A DNA stretch of 64,000 nt from the human T2T-CHM13v2.0 reference genome, Homo sapiens: assembly GCF_009914755.1 (NCBI RefSeq), contig NC_060931.1, one strand, 5' to 3'. Of this stretch, positions 59,103 through 64,000 are shown piece after piece. Each line of letters opens with the position of its first letter. The stretch's first letter is position 1. The notes beneath the pieces were generated by a model that saw nothing but the letters and a program-made list of their open reading frames with translations, was not told the DNA's origin and made no database searches. The translations under genes were made by a program, and so were the position numbers.

Positions 59103-59359
59103 AACTTTAGACTATTGTTTGAGCAGGTAGCACCCCCAGAAGACTTCTTTGGTGCCAATCTCCTACTGTGAATCCTTAGCTTGACTACATAGCTGAGGTT
59201 TCTTCCTAAGACATCTCTCCCATCATCTTTGTTTAGCTCTGCTGCTGCTCCTGATTGCCCTTGCCTGTAGGGCAGGTAAATGTGCAAACTCAGGGCAGGC
59301 TGCCTGGGTTCAGGTCCTAGCTCTTCTACCTACTTGCGATGTGACTTTATCTGTCTGTA

Positions 59360-59704
59360 TCCTGGCTAATAGGAGTTACTGCTGCTGCTTTACCACTTAC
59401 AGCTTTAGACTTTCCCTAATCTTCCCTCCATCTAGATAAGATTTACTAAGATGATACCCAATCATAGAATTACCACCACTTCCTGATAGCATCCAATCCA
59501 GAGAAAAGCCTGTGTTCCTTAAGACCTTTTCCAAATCACCTAGCATATAACCAAATTCTAGGATAAGTTCTTTCAAACACTGTCTTACTGAGACACCCCA
59601 GATTTCCCCATGACATGCATTCTTCCTCTCTGTAACAAGGAATAAACCCAACTTGTTCAACTACAGGTGTGTTCCTGATGGCCTTTAGCTGGAGCGTACT
59701 GACA
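59360..59704 (+). mobile_element. MER31/MER67-type ERV1 LTR fragment
   Basis: aataaacccaacttgttcaactacaggtgtgttcctg...gctggag...tgaca 3' end. Confidence 0.65.
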
Positions 59705-60287
59705 CAATAACAGGCTTTGAAATTCAAGTGATTCAGTTTGGCATCTTAGCTCCACCACTTATCAGCTATATGACCAGTATCTTACCCATTACTTCTATGA
59801 GTTCAAATTCTTTAGATTCCACATATGAGTGAGATCATGCAGATATGTGTCTTTCTGTGACTAGCTTATTTCACTTAGTACAATGTCCTTCAGGTCCATC
59901 CGTACTGTCACAAATGATAGGATTTCCTTCTTTATTAAAGCTGAATAATATTTCATTGTTATTATACCACATTTTCATTTTCCATTCATTTGCTGATGAG
60001 CACTTAGGTTGATTCCATATCTCCACTATTGTGAATAATGCTGCAGTGAACATGAAAGTGCAGATATTTGTTTGACATACTGATTTTATATCCTTTGGGT
60101 ATATACCCAATAGTGGGATTGCTGACATACTGCAGTTCTATTATTAATTTTTTTAGGAAATTCCATACTGTTTTCCATAGTGGCTATGCTAATTTGCATT
60201 CTCACCAAGAGTGTGCAAAAATTCCCTTTTCTCCACATTCTCCTCAACACTTATTTTTCGTCTTTTTTTTTTTTAGGAGATGGGGTG

Positions 60288-61119
60288 TCAAAAAGTGGGC
60301 AAAGGATATGAACAGACAGTTTTCAAAAGAGGACATTTATGCAGCCAACAGACACATGAGAAAATGCTCACCATCACTGGTCATCAGAGAAATACAAATC
60401 AAAACCACAATGAGATACCATCTCACACCAGTTAGAATGGCAATCATTAAAAAGTCAGGATACAACAGGTGTTGGAGAGGATGTGGAGAAATACGAACAC
60501 TTTTACACTGTTGGTGGGACTGTAAACTAGTTCAACCATTGTGGAAGACAATGTGACAATTCCTCAAGGATCTAGAACTAGAAATACCATTTGGCCCAGG
60601 GATCCCATTACTGGGTATATACCCAAAGGATTATAAACCATGCTACTATAAAGACACATGCACACGTATGTTTATTGTGGCACTATTCACAACAGCAAAG
60701 ACTTGGAACCAACCCAAATGTCCATCAATGATAGACTGGATTAAGAATATGTGGCACATATACACCATGGAATACTATGCAGCCATAAAAAATGATGAGT
60801 TCATGTCCTTTGTAGGGACATGGATGAAGCTAGAAACCATCATTTTCAGCAAACTATCGCAAGGACAGAAAACCAAACACTGCATGTTCTCACTCATAGG
60901 TGGGAATTGAATAATGAGAACACGTGGACACAAGGTGGGGAACATCACACACTGGGGCCTGTTGTGGGGTGGGGGATGGGGGAGGGATAGCATTAGGAGA
61001 AATACCTAACATAAATGACTAGTTAATGGGTGCAGCAAACCAACATGGAATATGTGTACATATGTAACAAACCTGCACATTGTGTCCATGTACCCCAGAA
61101 CTTAAAGTATAATAAATAA

Positions 61120-61162
<43 letters not shown>

Positions 61163-61165
61163 AAA
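60288..61165 (+). mobile_element. 5'-truncated L1PA (about L1PA5) with an (AAAT)n tail
   Basis: [16 protein letters not shown]...[14 protein letters not shown]; G-rich 3'UTR; TSD agatggggt. Confidence 0.9.
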
Positions 61166-61166
61166 T

Positions 61167-61280
61167 AGATGGGGTCTTGCTATGTTGCCTAGGCTGGTCT
61201 CCAACTCCTGAACTCAAGTGATCCTCCCACCTCAGTCTCCCGAGTAGCTGGGGACTATAGATGCAAGCCACCAGGCCCAC
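61167..61280 (-). mobile_element. Alu monomer (FLAM-like) whose T-tail (60262-60286) was separated by the L1PA insertion
   Basis: agatggggtcttgctatgttgcctaggctggtct...tcaagtgatcctcccacctcag. Confidence 0.8.
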
Positions 61281-64000
61281 CTTCATGTGGTATAACAAGT
61301 GTAAGATAATATCCCATTGTAGCTTTAATTTGCATTTCTCTTATGATTAGTGATGTTGAGCATTATTTTCATATAGTTGTTGGCCATTTGTATGCCTTCT
61401 TTTGAGAGCTGTCTATTTAGGTTCTTTGCTCATTTTTTTAATAGGGTTGTTTCCTTGCTATTGAGTTCCTTATATATTCTGGATATTTACTCCTCATTAG
61501 ATGTATGGTTTGCAAATATTTTCTCCCATTTTGTAGTTTGTGTCTTCATTCTGTCAATTGTTTCCTTTGCTGTGCAAAAGTTTTTAGTTTGATAAAATCC
61601 CATTTGTCTATTTTTGCTTTTGTTGTCTGTGCTTTGGGGTCATATAAAAAAAATCATGGCCCAGACCAATGTCGTGAAACTTTCCTCCATCTTTTCTTCT
61701 AGTTTTACAGTTTCAGGCCTTATGTTTAAGTCTTCAATCTATTTCAAACTGATTTTTACACATGGTGTAATGTGAGAGTCTAATTTCATATTTATGCATG
61801 TGGATATCCAGTTTTTTTCATTATCATCTATTGAAGGAACTTTCCTTTCTCCATTGTGTGTTCTTGGCACCTTTGTTGAAAATCAGCTAACTGTAAATGC
61901 CTGGGTTTATTTCTGGGCTTTCTATATTGTTCCCTTGGTCTGTGTGTCTGTTTTATGCCAGTTAAAATTGTTTTGGTTAGTATAACTTTGTAGTATATTT
62001 TGAAGTCAGGTAGTGTGATGCCTTAAACTTTGTTCTTTTTGTTTAAGATGGCTTTGTTTATTCAGGGTCTTCAAGAGTTCCATACAAATTTTAGGATTAT
62101 TTTTTCTATTTCTGTGAAAAATGTCATTGAAATTTTGATAGGTATGCATTTAATCTGTAGATTGCTTTGAGTAGTATGGACAGGTTAACAATATTAATTC
62201 TTCCAATCTGTGAACGTGGAATATCTTACCATTTATTTGTGTCTTTTTTTTCATCAATGTTTATAGTTTCAGTGTACAAGTCTTTCAGTTCTTGGTTAAA
62301 TTTATTTTTAACTTTTTAAATGTTTTGTAGCTATTGTGAATGGCATTTTAAAAATTTCTTTTTCAGATAGTTCATTGTTAGTATATGGAAATGCTACTAA
62401 TTTTTGTATGTTATTTTTGTTTCCTACAACTTTATTGAATTTCTATATTAGTTTTAACAGTTTTTTGGTAGAGTCTTTAATTTTTTAAAATATATTGTAA
62501 TACTATGTTTTCTTCAAACAGAGAGACATATTTTCACTACTTCCTTTCTAATTTGAATGCCCTTTATTTCTTGCTCTTTTCTAATTGCTCTGGCTAAAAC
62601 TTCCAGTACTATGTTGAATAGATGTGGCAAGAATGGGCATCTTTGTCTTGTTCCTGATCTTGGAGAAAGTGCTTTCAACTTTTCATTGTTGAGTTTGATG
62701 TTAGCTGTGGTTTTGTCATATATGGCCTTTGTTGTGTTGAGGCACATTCCTTCTATACTTAATTTGTTGAGAATTTTTATTATGAAAGAATTTTGAATTT
62801 TGTCAAATGCCTTATCTCCATCTATTGAGATGATCATATGGTTTTGTCTTTCATTCTGTTAATGTTGTGTATCATATTTATAGATTTGCATATGTTGAGC
62901 CATCCTTGCACCCCACGAATAACTCCCACTTGATCATGGTGAATGATTCTTCTAATGTGCTGCTGAATTTGGCTTGCTAGTATTTTGATGAGGGTTTTTG
63001 CATCTATGTTCATCAGGAATATTGGCCTATAATTTTCTTTTTTTTTTTTTAATAGTGTCCTTGTCTGACTTTGGTTTCAGGATAACTCTGGGCTCATAAA
63101 ATGAGTTTGGAATTATTCACTCTTTTTCAATTTTTTGTAAGAATTTGAGAAAGATTGCTATTACCTCTTCTTTAAATGTTTGGTAGACTATGAAGTCAAG
63201 CCATCAGGTCCTGAGCTTTTCTTTGATGGGAGATTTTTGACTACTGATTCAGTCACCTTACGCATTATTGATCTGTTCAGATTTTCTGTTTCTTCATAAT
63301 TCAACCATGGTAGGTTTTATGTTTCTGGGAATATATCCATTTATTCTACATTGTTCTATTTGTGGCATACAATTGTTCATAGCAGTCTTTTATAATCATT
63401 GTATTTCTGTGATATCAGTTGTAATGTCTCCTCTCTCATTTCTGAGTCCTTTTTCCAAAGTCTAGCTAAAGGTTTGTTGATTTTGGCTATTTTTTCAAAA
63501 GTTTTCTTGATCTTTTCTATTGATTTTCTAGTGTCTATTTTGTTTTTTCTGCTCCAATCTTTATTATTTCCTTCTTTCTACTTAATTTCTTTTTTTTCTA
63601 GTTCCTTGAGGTATAATATTAAGCTGTTTATTTGAGATCTTTTTTTGATGTAGGCATTTATTACTACAGACTTTCCTCTTAGAACTGTTTTTGCTTCATG
63701 ACGTAAGTTTTGGTATGTTGTGTGTCCTTTTTCATTTGTCTCAAGTATATTTTGGTTTCCCTTTTAATTTCATCTTTAACCCATTAGTTGTTCAGGAGCA
63801 TGTTGTTTAATCTCTGTTTTTGTGAAAGTTTCAAATTCCTCCTGCAATTCATTTCTAGTTTCATACTATTTGGGTTGGAAAAGATACTTGATATGGTTTC
63901 AGTCTTCTTACATTTGTTAAGTCTTGTTTTGTGACCTAACATATGATCTATCCTGGATTATGTTCCATGTGCACGTGAGAAGAATGTGTATTTTGCTGCT

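Larger units (their letters stand above)
59790..64000 (-). mobile_element. Old L1 (L1MA-like), ORF2 and 3' part, running off the window
   Basis: Minus-strand RT remnant [15 protein letters not shown]...SGTRQRCPF...[14 protein letters not shown] at 62514-62837. Confidence 0.9.

Noticed and set aside
58685-59287. 200-aa Lys/Glu/Arg/Gly-rich ORF
   Set aside because: Translation of a purine simple repeat that lacks stop codons

Overview
Human-type (primate) genomic DNA from the CLDN12 locus. From recalled gene order this is 7q21.13, with GTPBP10 upstream and CDK14 downstream. The only intact protein-coding region is the single coding exon of claudin-12 (24969-25703, +, 244 aa). It is preceded by a GC-rich promoter with a ZNF143/THAP11-type motif and three short non-coding 5' exons (~15750-15841, 17811-17900, 24299-24341), and followed by a ~2.5 kb 3'UTR. 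The first ~3.7 kb is probably the end of the GTPBP10 3'UTR. The rest is dominated by nested transposable elements: L1MA/L1PB/L1PA, many Alus (one AluYa5), MaLR, ERV1 and ERVK LTRs, and Tigger and hAT relics. Four things stand out. (1) A CDC42 last-exon retrocopy, missed by the ORF track, sits inside an L1 and replaces ~0.8 kb of it. (2) A MIR-derived 43-nt 5'UTR exon begins with ATG and builds a spliced uORF whose outcome depends on a tandem acceptor. (3) Each CLDN12 leader exon carries a uORF, and exon 2 lies between inverted Alus. (4) An L1PA junction looks like micro twin-priming. I see no support for a wholly new multi-gene system; the best candidate is a TE-built translational control switch in the CLDN12 leader. 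Repeat subfamily names come from recalled consensus sequences, and boundaries without a stated TSD are approximate.
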